32,000 bases of DNA, taken from assembly GCF_017876815.1 (NCBI RefSeq), contig NZ_JAGIOS010000003.1:720001-752000 (forward strand). Reading direction: 5' to 3'. Position 1 is the stretch's first letter. Every line of letters begins with the position of its first letter. Under the pieces are notes generated by a model. That model searched no databases. It saw only the letters and a program-made list of their open reading frames with translations, and was not told where the DNA came from. The position numbers were made by a program, and so were the translations under genes. Below, in pieces: positions 1-8,292 of the stretch. Source of the stretch: Sinorhizobium meliloti (lineage in GTDB: Bacteria > Pseudomonadota > Alphaproteobacteria > Rhizobiales > Rhizobiaceae).

Positions 1-397
1 GCGGGGGCATCGCCGCCGGCTGGGCACTCGTCCCGGGTTCGTCGGTTCCATCGTGGCGGTCGGCCATTTTCGCCAGCGAGCGAGCGATCGATTCGACTGG
101 AGACGAGAAGTTCGGAAATTCGACCATGGCAAGTAGGAGAGCCGCAATCCAGAACAAGTGATTGTGGGTGAAGAGCGCGACCAGCGCCAAGACGCCGACG
201 ATCTGCAACTGCACTTTGCTGGCGCCATGCGCCATGTGCTCGGGCAAAGCGTGCAGGCGCAGGTAAAGGATGCCGACCACAAAGACCATCAGCAAGACGA
301 AGACGATCATCACGTTGAAAAGAACGTCGGTCTGACCCGGCGCGGTGATGAACGGCGGCAGATGGGCAACCGCAGCCGGATGCAAGGAATCTTCCAT
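1..397 (-). CDS. small conserved integral membrane protein (partial, C-terminus beyond window start)
   Basis: ATG at 397-395 follows GGGGGAG. It reads MEDSLHPAAVAHLPPFITAPGQTDVLFNVMIVFVLLMVFVVGILYLRLHALPEHMAHG... with hydrophobic helices and stays open to base 1. The listed + ORF 158..457 is its antisense shadow. Confidence 0.7.
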   Translation of the reverse strand, partial: MEDSLHPAAVAHLPPFITAPGQTDVLFNVMIVFVLLMVFVVGILYLRLHALPEHMAHGASKVQLQIVGVLALVALFTHNHLFWIAALLLAMVEFPNFSSPVESIARSLAKMADRHDGTDEPGTSAQPAAMPP

Positions 398-535
398 CTC
401 TGCGCTCCCCCTTCCCATAAAGTGGCAGGAGCCGCTGGCTGCGGCAAAAATGCTTGAACCTAAGGCAAGTAGAGAAGGGGACTAATCACCTCAATTTCCT
501 TAAGTCTAATATTACGCCAGAACGCGTCGGTGGCA

Positions 536-549
536 TTGATCGTGGTCAA
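536..549. promoter_or_regulatory. FixK/FNR-type box TTGATCGTGGTCAA
   Basis: Matches TTGAT-N4-ATCAA at 9 of 10 defined positions. It lies about 140 bp upstream of the minus-strand membrane protein start (397), in the divergent intergenic region. Confidence 0.45.
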
Positions 550-898
550 TATCGATAGGTAATAACTTGCGGACGGTCCCGTCAATTCCTCATCATTCAC
601 GCGCTTGTAAAACCTGCCTATGAGCGAAGTTCTGTGTACGACGAAATGCGCAAAGCCGGAACGTTGATTGACGTATGCTACGGTATGTTACTGCTGTGCT
701 ACCGATAAGCGGCGTACGATCAACGATCATCTTTTTCTGCATGAGGGTGACCTGGCCCCCGCGACGGAACGATCGGTGCGGAAGACAGGTCTTGCGTTGC
801 TTCAACTGAAATGGCCCTGCGCGACCGGGTCGAACGCACAAGCCTCAAAAACCACGCGGATGAGCTTTTTGTTTCCGGCATTAAACGCGAGGTGCGCC

Positions 899-2044
899 AT
901 GGACGACAATCCATCATCCCAAAGAAACCCGGGCCCGGTTAATCCCGCCGCGCGGCCGTCTATCGAGCCGAGAATCACGGAGATCGCGCGGATCGGCCTG
1001 GTTGGACTTTTCGCCTACTGGTCTTTTACCTTGATCGCGCCGTTTGCGATTATTCTTATCTGGGCCGCGATCCTGGCTGTAGCCCTTTATCCAGCCTATG
1101 CTGCGCTTTCAGCTATTCTCGGCCACCGGCCCCGCGTGGCGGCGCTCGTCATTACAATGCTGGGGCTGCTCGTTATCGTCGCTCCGCTCGCAGCCATTGC
1201 GATCAGTTTTGCCGAGGGAGTACAGGTGGTGCTTGCAAGACTCAATGATCGATCTCTGCTGATTTCGGCGCCACCCGACAGTATTCGCAGTTTTCCGCTT
1301 ATCGGCGAGCGCATCTATTCCGTCTGGAGTATGGCTTCCGACAATCTTGAAGCCGTATTGCAACAGATCAAGCCTTCGCTCCTGCAAGCGGGCAGCAAGG
1401 CGCTCGGCAAAATCGCGTCGATCGGTGCCGACCTGCTCAGCTTTGTGGTTTCCGTTCTTGTCGCCGGTTTTCTCTTCGGGTCCGGAGCACGGCTGGCAAA
1501 CAGTGCGCAGGGATTTGCGAGCAGAATGGGTGGGGATAGAGGCGTTGGCTTTCTGCAACTGGCAGCGGCAACGATCCGCAACGTGGCGCGGGGTGTGATC
1601 GGTGTCGCTCTCTTGCAAGCCTTTATCTGCGTTTTGATCCTGAGTCTTTTCAAAGTTCCTGCACCCGGTGCAATCGCCTTCGTCGTCCTTATCCTCTGCA
1701 TCATTCAGATTGGACCGGCGTTGGTTCTGCTGCCGGTAATCGTCTGGGCGTGGACCTCAATGGAATTCGGGATGGCTGCCTTGTTCACGATCTTGCTGAT
1801 ACCGCTCCTCATCATCGATAATGTCATGAAGCCAATCCTGGTCGCGCGCGGACTTTCCACACCGACACTCGTGATTTTGTTGGGTGTGCTCGGCGGCACG
1901 CTTTCTTACGGATTGATAGGACTTTTTCTGGGGCCGATCGTTCTCAGCGTGTTCCACAGTTTACTATTAATATGGATGAACACGGACACCGTAGGATCGG
2001 AAAGGCTGCGGCTGGGGCCATCGAAACTGCCGAATCCAATGTGA
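899..2044 (+). CDS. AI-2E family (PerM/UPF0118) transporter
   Basis: Start is the ATG at 899 after GAGG, inside the longer ORF 668..2044. It is a multi-TM protein with the family-typical C-terminal region IIQIGPALVLLPVIVWAW...IDNVMKPILVARGLSTPTLVILLGVLGGTLSYGLIGLFLGP. Confidence 0.85.
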   Translation: MDDNPSSQRNPGPVNPAARPSIEPRITEIARIGLVGLFAYWSFTLIAPFAIILIWAAILAVALYPAYAALSAILGHRPRVAALVITMLGLLVIVAPLAAIAISFAEGVQVVLARLNDRSLLISAPPDSIRSFPLIGERIYSVWSMASDNLEAVLQQIKPSLLQAGSKALGKIASIGADLLSFVVSVLVAGFLFGSGARLANSAQGFASRMGGDRGVGFLQLAAATIRNVARGVIGVALLQAFICVLILSLFKVPAPGAIAFVVLILCIIQIGPALVLLPVIVWAWTSMEFGMAALFTILLIPLLIIDNVMKPILVARGLSTPTLVILLGVLGGTLSYGLIGLFLGPIVLSVFHSLLLIWMNTDTVGSERLRLGPSKLPNPM

Positions 2045-2078
2045 TAACACGCAGTCCTGTGGCGCTTGGCGCGATACC

Positions 2079-3836
2079 TCATTTTCCGGGAACCGGTACG
2101 CCTGCCTGGCGCAAACCCTCTATGAAATGCTGCTGGTCTTCCGGGCGGTGAATTCGTAATGCGACTTCGTTGCGTGCGTTCTCGAGGAAGCCAGGCACGT
2201 TGGTTTCAAGCCATTCTCTCTCGGTACGAGCCAAATCCATCTTGCCGAGCTTTCCAAGGATGGCAAGCAATATGACATGGTAGACAGGATTGGCGTGAAG
2301 GTCCGCCGATCGGGCCCACCGTTCCGCGGCGACGTAGTCGTGTTCAATATAGCAACAGACCGCCAGCGCGGCCTCGAAATATCCAACCGGCCCGGGATTG
2401 CTCGCTACGGTTTTCGATACAAGGTCGCACCCCGAACGCCACTGACCAGACAGGGCGAGCCGGAAACCATATTCGCCCGAGAACTCAGTGTCGTTGGGAT
2501 TGATAGCATAAGCGCGCGCGCCGACCGTCAGGGCAGCGTTAACTTCGCCCCGGAAAAATAATGTAAGCATCTCCGCCTGCAGTGCGCGAACGTTCTGAGG
2601 GTCAAGTTCCACCGCACGCGCCGCAGCCTCGATGGCGTGCGCGAGCGACACGGTCGTCGATCGGTTCAGGCGATATCGAAAGCGAAGCTCGTCAACATAG
2701 GTCAGTGAGAGTAGTGCCCATGCCGTAGCATAATCGGGAAACTGTGTCGTTGCGCGTTGAAGACACTCTTGAACGGAGGCATGTGTCTGCGGATTCAGAT
2801 CGCCCCGATACCCGTAGTAGGCCAGGGTGCACGCATAAGCCTGCCAATCGTCCGGGACAGAGCGCATGAAGTGTGTGGCGTTGGCCTGGAAAACAATGCC
2901 GTATGGTTGTGCGATGGCGCTAGCCACTGCAGCAGCGGCGTTCTGCTGCAACTCGATGATCTTACGCGGCTGTAGTACTTCGTCATAGGTGTTCGCCCAC
3001 ACGACTGAACCATCGGAATGCTGGACTAACCGTATACCCAGCCGAAGTTTGTCGCCATCGAGCCGGACCCGGCCTTCTAACGCAAAGGCCGGGTATTCTC
3101 TTTCGGCGCTATGCGAGTTCGGGGCTGCCGGCCCGGCGACCACAACAATCTCCTTGAACTTGGCGATGTTGCTGATGACCTCATCTGTTAGGCCGCGCGT
3201 GATCATCGCCGATTGCGGCGTTTGTGAAAGGTCTTCAAACGGCATCACCATCAGCTTCGGAATGTTTGGTCGAGTGCCGCCAGGCTTCGTGAGGCTCTCG
3301 ATTGTCGTTGCCGCCGAGCCGAAAAATGCATTTGCTAGCAAACCGCATGTCAGGAGACCCACTGTGGCCACACTGACCCACAGCGCGGTCTGCTCAAGCG
3401 GAATGGAACGCGACTGAACGTTTGCGGCCTGTCCGGAGCTTAGGGGGTACGGCGCACCGTCCCGTTTCTCGAAGGCCGGCGCGTAGCCGCCCTTGGGAAT
3501 TTTAATCACGATCGGATCGTTGCTCCCAGCAACGAAATAATAACGCTCGAGGGCGCGTCGGATACGACCTGCTTCGATCCGTACGACTGGATCTGTTTGA
3601 GCATCGAAAGAAGAATCCCGCCCGAACACTTCGGTAGCGATCGAATAGGCCTTTATCCGGTCGGCACGGCCCGCAATTGTCTCTCCGACAATGTAGGCCA
3701 GGAATTTGCGCGCTCGATCCGGCACGTCGAATTCGGCGCTTAACCGTATTCGATCGAGTTGTACAAGAATTTCCGTGTTCGTAGGGAGAGCGGTGGGCGA
3801 TCCGGCTCGGACGCTCCCCCGGCCAGCGATTGTCAT
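2079..3836 (-). CDS. membrane-anchored winged-helix (OmpR/CadC-type) regulator with a large TPR-containing extracytoplasmic domain (paralogue 1)
   Basis: 585-aa ORF with a GAGGGG RBS. The N-terminal wHTH-like block is RARKFLAYIVGETIAGRADRIKAYSIATEVFGRDSSFDAQTDPVVRIEAGRIRRALERYY. There is one TM (ALWVSVATVGLLTCGLLANAFF), then about 400 aa with TPR-like helices. It is about three quarters identical by eye to ORF 24236..25996. Confidence 0.8.
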   Translation of the reverse strand: MTIAGRGSVRAGSPTALPTNTEILVQLDRIRLSAEFDVPDRARKFLAYIVGETIAGRADRIKAYSIATEVFGRDSSFDAQTDPVVRIEAGRIRRALERYYFVAGSNDPIVIKIPKGGYAPAFEKRDGAPYPLSSGQAANVQSRSIPLEQTALWVSVATVGLLTCGLLANAFFGSAATTIESLTKPGGTRPNIPKLMVMPFEDLSQTPQSAMITRGLTDEVISNIAKFKEIVVVAGPAAPNSHSAEREYPAFALEGRVRLDGDKLRLGIRLVQHSDGSVVWANTYDEVLQPRKIIELQQNAAAAVASAIAQPYGIVFQANATHFMRSVPDDWQAYACTLAYYGYRGDLNPQTHASVQECLQRATTQFPDYATAWALLSLTYVDELRFRYRLNRSTTVSLAHAIEAAARAVELDPQNVRALQAEMLTLFFRGEVNAALTVGARAYAINPNDTEFSGEYGFRLALSGQWRSGCDLVSKTVASNPGPVGYFEAALAVCCYIEHDYVAAERWARSADLHANPVYHVILLAILGKLGKMDLARTEREWLETNVPGFLENARNEVALRIHRPEDQQHFIEGLRQAGVPVPGK

Positions 3837-3881
3837 GTCCGCCCCTCATGGGCAAAACGTAAGATTGCAAAAACTGCTCTG

Positions 3882-3895
3882 TATACTCTCGTATA
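3882..3895. promoter_or_regulatory. inverted repeat TATAC-TCTC-GTATA in a divergent promoter region
   Basis: Perfect 5-bp arms between the divergent starts at 3836 and 3976. Its function is unknown. Confidence 0.2.
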
Positions 3896-3975
3896 TTACG
3901 TCCATACCCCGGCAGAGCGCAATACAATCCGACGAGATAAAAGACATCTTTGAAACCAAAGGTGGAGGGAGCGCA

Positions 3976-4245
3976 ATGTATGGGGAACCGGACTGGAAAC
4001 ACTGCATGGCAGCGGCATTGCGGCGGTTTCCGGCGCGCTCCTTGCAAATCAGGGAGTTGTCGATGCGCGATGAGGACTTCAGGGGAATGTGCGAGGATTT
4101 TGCAGCCGCTGAGAACGCACTCGCGGCCGTCGATCAGCTTCCTTTGCATATTCGCGAGGAGCGCCGCGCCGAGTTCAAGGGGCTGATAGAGAGCTTGGCA
4201 GCAGAGATTGCAACAGCGCTTGGCCCGGCGGACGGGTCCTTTTGA
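3976..4245 (+). CDS. hypothetical 89-aa protein, divergent partner of the wHTH-TPR regulator
   Basis: ATG at 3976 follows GGAGGGAG. It reads MYGEPDWKHCMAAALRRFPARSLQIRELSMRDEDFRGMCEDF...IREERRAEFKGLIESLAAEIA. A decayed homologue sits at the same relative position next to paralogue 2. Confidence 0.55.
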   Translation: MYGEPDWKHCMAAALRRFPARSLQIRELSMRDEDFRGMCEDFAAAENALAAVDQLPLHIREERRAEFKGLIESLAAEIATALGPADGSF

Positions 4246-4359
4246 CTGCAGGCATTTTGCCTGCTCATCCGAAGGGCAGCGTTCTTACGCGGGTTAACGA
4301 CAGGGAACAGCGGCGGGAGCCTCGCGAACCGGGCGGCCCAAAGTTCTGGGAGTGGAGCA

Positions 4360-4995
4360 ATGAATACCTCGATATCGGCATCCTGGGGCAGGTATATAAA
4401 TGCCATTCCCCCGCAGTCAGGCGAGGCGGCGTTGGCGCCGCTCAGCAGCTTCGTTGACGGACAGTGCATTTACTCTTTCGGAGAACGCGCCGATCAAGTC
4501 TATCAGGTCGAATTCGGCGCTGTCCGCGTCTATAGGCTAGCCGCGAATGGGAGGCGACAGATCCTTGCATTCCATTTTGGTGGCAACTGGTTTGGCCTGC
4601 AAAGTCGGGACCGGCACAGTTCGAATGCAGAAGCGATTGGGGTCACCGGCGTAAGATGCATCAGCCTTCAGGAAGAACCGCTCTTTCGGCCAGCTCTATT
4701 CTCCGCGGCGCTGGATAACGTCTCCGCCGCACAAGAGCATCAGCTCGTCATCGGTCGTCAAAGTGCGATTGAGCGCGTCGCGGCATTCCTGCTCGAGATG
4801 TCGGAGCGCTCGGGCTATTCACGCAGGTTCGAGCTGTCCATGTCCCGTGTCGATGTTGCGGACTATCTCGCGCTGACGGTTGAGACGGTTTCGCGCTCGC
4901 TGACGAAGCTGAAGCACAGGGGCTTCATCGAGTTACATGGCGCTCGCGGTATTGAACTCGTGGGATATCGAGCCCTTCAGAATTTATGCCTTTAG
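4360..4995 (+). CDS. fixK: Crp/Fnr-family transcription factor, FixK-type
   Basis: 211 aa. It has YQVEFGAVRVYRLAANGRRQILAFHF, LVIGRQSAIERVAAFLLEM and the HTH SRVDVADYLALTVETVSRSLTKLKHRGFI with the E--SR recognition motif. It lacks the N-terminal Cys cluster of FNR. Confidence 0.85.
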   Translation: MNTSISASWGRYINAIPPQSGEAALAPLSSFVDGQCIYSFGERADQVYQVEFGAVRVYRLAANGRRQILAFHFGGNWFGLQSRDRHSSNAEAIGVTGVRCISLQEEPLFRPALFSAALDNVSAAQEHQLVIGRQSAIERVAAFLLEMSERSGYSRRFELSMSRVDVADYLALTVETVSRSLTKLKHRGFIELHGARGIELVGYRALQNLCL

Positions 4996-5050
4996 TGATT
5001 GGTTAGGATCGCAGACGAAGGGCCACAATATCGCGCCAAAGCAAATCAAG

Positions 5051-5542
5051 TTAGCGGAAGGCTCCTGGCTCGAGCATCTTGTCGCTGTAAGGGGAAGGGA
5101 TCTTTGGCGCTCCAACGTGGAGGAAAGGTTTTCCAACTGCACTATGGCAGTCGTTGCATTCGGTTGTCATCAGGGCGAAGGACTGCTGAAATTGCTCGTC
5201 ACTTCTTGCGACAATGGCCTCTTCGATCAAATTGGCGATCTTTTGCGCGTTAGCGAAATCGAAGTTGGACTTGTCAGGATGATGGCGAGAAACGTCATTG
5301 AAGCCTGTCTTTACCTGTTCCAATTGATAGCCGGCCAAAGACCAGTTTCTTAACTTGACTGAGTACCAAAGCTTAGAGCGGCTGAGATCTATTTTGGTCA
5401 TGATCTCGCCAACACTGGGTACGTATTTGCTGGGCTCGTCAACTGATTTGCCCGGTTGGCCAGCCGATCCATCGGAGCTGTCGAGTAGGAGCACCAGAGC
5501 GGTTACCGGAATTACCCACGTTGCTCGCATGCCGATCTCCAA
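5051..5542 (-). CDS. secreted monohaem c-type cytochrome (class II / four-helix-bundle-like, single C-terminal CNDCH)
   Basis: Signal-like N-terminus MRATWVIPVTALVLLLDSS. A single CXXCH (TTECNDCHSAVGKPF) lies near the C-terminus after a predicted helical body, followed by an unusually long tail of about 30 aa. Confidence 0.65.
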   Translation of the reverse strand: MEIGMRATWVIPVTALVLLLDSSDGSAGQPGKSVDEPSKYVPSVGEIMTKIDLSRSKLWYSVKLRNWSLAGYQLEQVKTGFNDVSRHHPDKSNFDFANAQKIANLIEEAIVARSDEQFQQSFALMTTECNDCHSAVGKPFLHVGAPKIPSPYSDKMLEPGAFR

Positions 5543-5722
5543 TGCTTCTGAATATAGGACGGCCAGAACGGATCCTGTATCTTTCCCAGCAGCGTAGACC
5601 GATGTGCCACAAGCCGGATGGTGGAATAAGTAGCGATCCTGTCGGCGCGTCGGCGACGCTCGTTCGGTGGCCCAAGTTACTCCGCATGCCGAATAACTCT
5701 ACGCTGTTAATCGGTTGAGTCG

Positions 5723-5736
5723 TTGATTGTGATCAA
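5723..5736. promoter_or_regulatory. perfect FixK/FNR box TTGATTGTGATCAA
   Basis: Exact match to the palindromic consensus TTGAT-N4-ATCAA. It sits in the AT-richer spacer between napC (stop 6015) and the cytochrome start (5542). Confidence 0.65.
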
Positions 5737-6014
5737 CAATGGTCAAATTGCACCGGAAAGGCTGCCATCCGCCTTTTTGCACATCAAAGCTCTTCATGAA
5801 GGTCTGTGACAAGCTTCGCCGATGCCTTGTGAGTGCAATCCCTTGTCCACTGCAAGATCGAATTGATGTATGCAGTATCGCAGCGGGGTCACGGGCGTGC
5901 ACTCTCCAGCCAATTGAAATTCATACGGTGCAAGTCAACCTTCCATTGTCCGGAACAATTCGACCATGACTTGCGAGCATCAATTGCCAAAGGCTACCCC
6001 TGTGGAGTCATTCA

Positions 6015-6671
6015 TTACCTCTTCAGGTCGTCGATTGCCGAAGCAGAAGGCAACGTCTCTCCTTCGAGTTCGGGCGGCAGCTTCCACCCCGGCTGCATGT
6101 TGGGCAGTTCGTGGGCAATGCCCTTATGGCAGTCGATGCAGGTCGCCTTTCCCGGCAACAGATAGCGGGTATGGATCTCGGCAGCACGTTGCGTCTGCTT
6201 GGAAAGGTCCATCGCCGCCGAGGAGTGACAGTTGCGGCACTCAAGGCTGTCGTTGGCCTTGAGCCGCGCCCATTCATGCTTGGCGAGTTCCAGGCGGTGG
6301 TCGAGGAACTTCTCGCGCGTGTTGATGGTCCCGAAAATCTTGCCCCACACTTCCTTGGAGGCCTGCATTTTGCGGGCGATCTTGTCCGTCCATTCATGCG
6401 GCACGTGGCAGTCGGGACAGGACGCCCGGACGCCCGAGCGGTTGGAGAAATGAACCGTGCGCGTAAGCTCCTCATATACGTTGGCCCGCATCTCATGACA
6501 GGAGACGCAAAACTCCTCGGTGTTGGTGAGCTCCAAGGCGGTGTTGAAGGCGCCCCAGAAGATCACGCCCCCGACGAAGCCGCCGAGTGTCAAAAAGGCG
6601 AGGCTGAGCGTTGCGGCCGGCGTAGTCAGGATCTTCCACACCCAGAGTAGGAGGCGCTTTATCCGAGCCAT
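6015..6671 (-). CDS. napC: NapC/NirT-family membrane-anchored tetrahaem quinol dehydrogenase
   Basis: An N-terminal TM anchor plus four CXXCH motifs (CVSCH, CPDCH, CRNCH, CIDCH). Typical NapC strings [47 protein letters not shown] are present. Confidence 0.9.
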   Translation of the reverse strand: MARIKRLLLWVWKILTTPAATLSLAFLTLGGFVGGVIFWGAFNTALELTNTEEFCVSCHEMRANVYEELTRTVHFSNRSGVRASCPDCHVPHEWTDKIARKMQASKEVWGKIFGTINTREKFLDHRLELAKHEWARLKANDSLECRNCHSSAAMDLSKQTQRAAEIHTRYLLPGKATCIDCHKGIAHELPNMQPGWKLPPELEGETLPSASAIDDLKR

Positions 6672-6674
6672 GGC

Positions 6675-7185
6675 CTACTCGCTCCCCGCTTGGCTGACGC
6701 CCATCTCGCTCATGTCCCGGAAGGTGTTGCCGACGAGCGGTCGCACGTCCGCCTGCGGTACGTGGCAGGCTGTGCAGAAATAGCGCCGCGGCGAAACGTC
6801 GGCGAGCATCTGCCCCTCCCGCGTCATGTAATGGGTGACGCTGATCATCGGCGCGCCGGACTCCTGCGTGAGTTCGCGCTTGTGGCAGGAAAGGCATCGG
6901 TTGGTGTTGACCGAAAGTGGTAGCCCTCGATCGAATGCGGGATGACTGGCGGCTGGTCGGGATAGGCGCGCTCCTTGCGGACGTCGTCATGCGTGGCCCA
7001 TCTAGATCCCGCCTGTTTGAAGGGACCGGTCGGCATTGACCGGAGTCAATTTCTCGACACTTGCTCCGGCGAATCGAGAAGCTCGTCCGGCGCTGATTTC
7101 GTCGATATCGGCGCGTTGCCCCGACAAACTCGCCCAGCGTCTGACACAGCAGAGTGCTGCCATGCGGATCGGGTATGTCCATCAA
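6675..7185 (-). pseudogene. napB: dihaem cytochrome NapB, frameshifted
   Basis: One frame gives MPTGPFKQAGSRWATHDDVRKERAYPDQPPVIPHSIEGYHFR. After a 1-nt gap near 6909-6911 another frame gives NTNRCLSCHKRELTQESGAPMISVTHYMTREGQMLADVSPRRYFCTACHVPQADVRPLVGNTF. Its TAG (6677-6675) is 3 nt before the napC ATG. The N-terminal signal region is split over frames, with an in-frame TGA. Confidence 0.7.
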
Positions 7186-7233
7186 GCCGCGCCTAGTTCA
7201 GTCCGCCCGGAAGCGCACCCGGTCCGCTTGGAT

Positions 7234-7247
7234 TTGACGGAGATCAA
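7234..7247. promoter_or_regulatory. FixK/FNR-type box TTGACGGAGATCAA
   Basis: 9 of 10 consensus positions match. It lies 51 bp upstream of the first ATG (7185) of the napB-napC reading direction. Confidence 0.5.
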
Positions 7248-7328
7248 TGCTCAAAAGGCAGTGTTGGTGTATGTGCGATCAGAGACTGGGACCGCCCTCC
7301 GTTCAAGCCGAGGAGTAGACCGAATGCC

Positions 7329-7715
7329 TCAGCCGACCATCTCATCATTCGCAGACGCCTCGCCTATGCGCTCGATGCCTGGCAGCGTTCTATCCTGCTT
7401 CTCGACGTGATGCGCCAGCGCGGTGAACAGTACCGAGAATACAGCGCGCAGACCGCTCCGCACGTGCTGAACTAGGACGCGGAACTCGTCGTCGAACGCC
7501 GCACGCTCGATAGACCGGTCAACTGTGCGCTCGCCCGGGTAATCCCGCCCGAGGCCGTCGCTGAAGCGATCCTTCGTCGTCGTCGACCCGCGCGCCGGCC
7601 ACGCAAGCCTTGCGTGATCGGCAACTGCCAGGCCGGCTGGGCGCCGATGAGCCTCGCATCGCTGCGCCCGGAACTGTTCGGTCCGATCGTCATCACACCA
7701 GACGAATGAGTTCAA
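7329..7715 (-). CDS. hypothetical protein, possibly a gene fragment
   Basis: 128-aa ORF. The C-terminal half (DDEFRVLVQHVRSGLRAVFSVLFTALAHHVEKQDRTLPGIERI) looks protein-like. The N-terminal half is Arg-rich and unconvincing. I recognise no family. Confidence 0.3.
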   Translation of the reverse strand: MNSFVWCDDDRTEQFRAQRCEAHRRPAGLAVADHARLAWPARGSTTTKDRFSDGLGRDYPGERTVDRSIERAAFDDEFRVLVQHVRSGLRAVFSVLFTALAHHVEKQDRTLPGIERIGEASANDEMVG

Positions 7716-7766
7716 GGTACCCAGGAGAACGTGGGAAGCCGGCGCTAAATCAAGTGGGGGTCCGAA

Positions 7767-8114
7767 ATGATCATATATGTCGCCGAGATTTCAGGACGCG
7801 GCATCGCCGCTTTTGACGCAGCCAACGACATTGAAGCGCAAGCACAGTTGGCAAACAGGGGACTCCTACGGGACCTGATTGTCTTGCAGAATGAGGGTCG
7901 CGCACTCTGGGATGGTGTCGCGGAAATCCATGTGCGGATGGCGACCCCTGAGGAGACCGAGATCTGGCAAACAAGCCGGGCGGCTGTTCAGTCAGGTGAG
8001 GATTCCGATGACGAGGGTCGACATGTCTTCCTAGTCCCCGTCGTCGATCCTTCTCATGACAATTTCGACGATGACGATAACCCCCACCATGACGACGACC
8101 GTGACGGCGACTGA
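7767..8114 (+). CDS. conserved hypothetical protein with an acidic/His-rich tail
   Basis: MIIYVAEISGRGIAAFDAANDIEAQAQLANRGLLRDLIVLQNEGRALWDG... resembles a small hypothetical family I recall from rhizobia. The tail is DPSHDNFDDDDNPHHDDDRDGD. The RBS is GTGGGGG. Confidence 0.6.
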   Translation: MIIYVAEISGRGIAAFDAANDIEAQAQLANRGLLRDLIVLQNEGRALWDGVAEIHVRMATPEETEIWQTSRAAVQSGEDSDDEGRHVFLVPVVDPSHDNFDDDDNPHHDDDRDGD

Positions 8115-8292
8115 AAACGGATGACGCGGCCCTGATCGAGGAAGGGGCGGACTGCGTGCGGCTGCCCATCCCCGACATTATGATGCCGTCCGACAAGGTC
8201 GACGGATAAGAGCGAGAGTTGGCCGCGCGGTCAAGCCGAAACCTCCGATCTTCTGGTCGCGCTGCCCGCCAAAAATCAATCCGGAGCGCCCC

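Noticed and set aside
158-457. 99-aa + strand ORF rich in Asp/Gln/His
   Set aside because: It is antisense to a much more convincing minus-strand membrane protein (RBS plus hydrophobic helices) that runs off the window. Its composition is typical of a shadow frame.
668-898. N-terminal 77-codon extension of the AI-2E transporter ORF (TTG start at 668)
   Set aside because: The extension is Cys/Arg-rich and non-membrane, with no RBS. The ATG at 899 follows GAGG and begins the family-typical sequence.
5699-5969. Small ORFs (67-110 aa) in the AT-richer spacer between napC and the cytochrome gene
   Set aside because: They have no RBS and odd composition, and they overlap the perfect FixK box. The spacer is better explained as a promoter/leader region.
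6493-7185. 230-aa minus-strand ORF treated as a real gene
   Set aside because: It is an out-of-frame read-through across the napB remnant and into napC. The recognisable NapB motifs lie in the other two frames.
7196-7330. Possible napA 3' remnant upstream of napB
   Set aside because: None of the three minus-strand frames resembles a NapA C-terminus. The stretch instead carries a FixK-type box.
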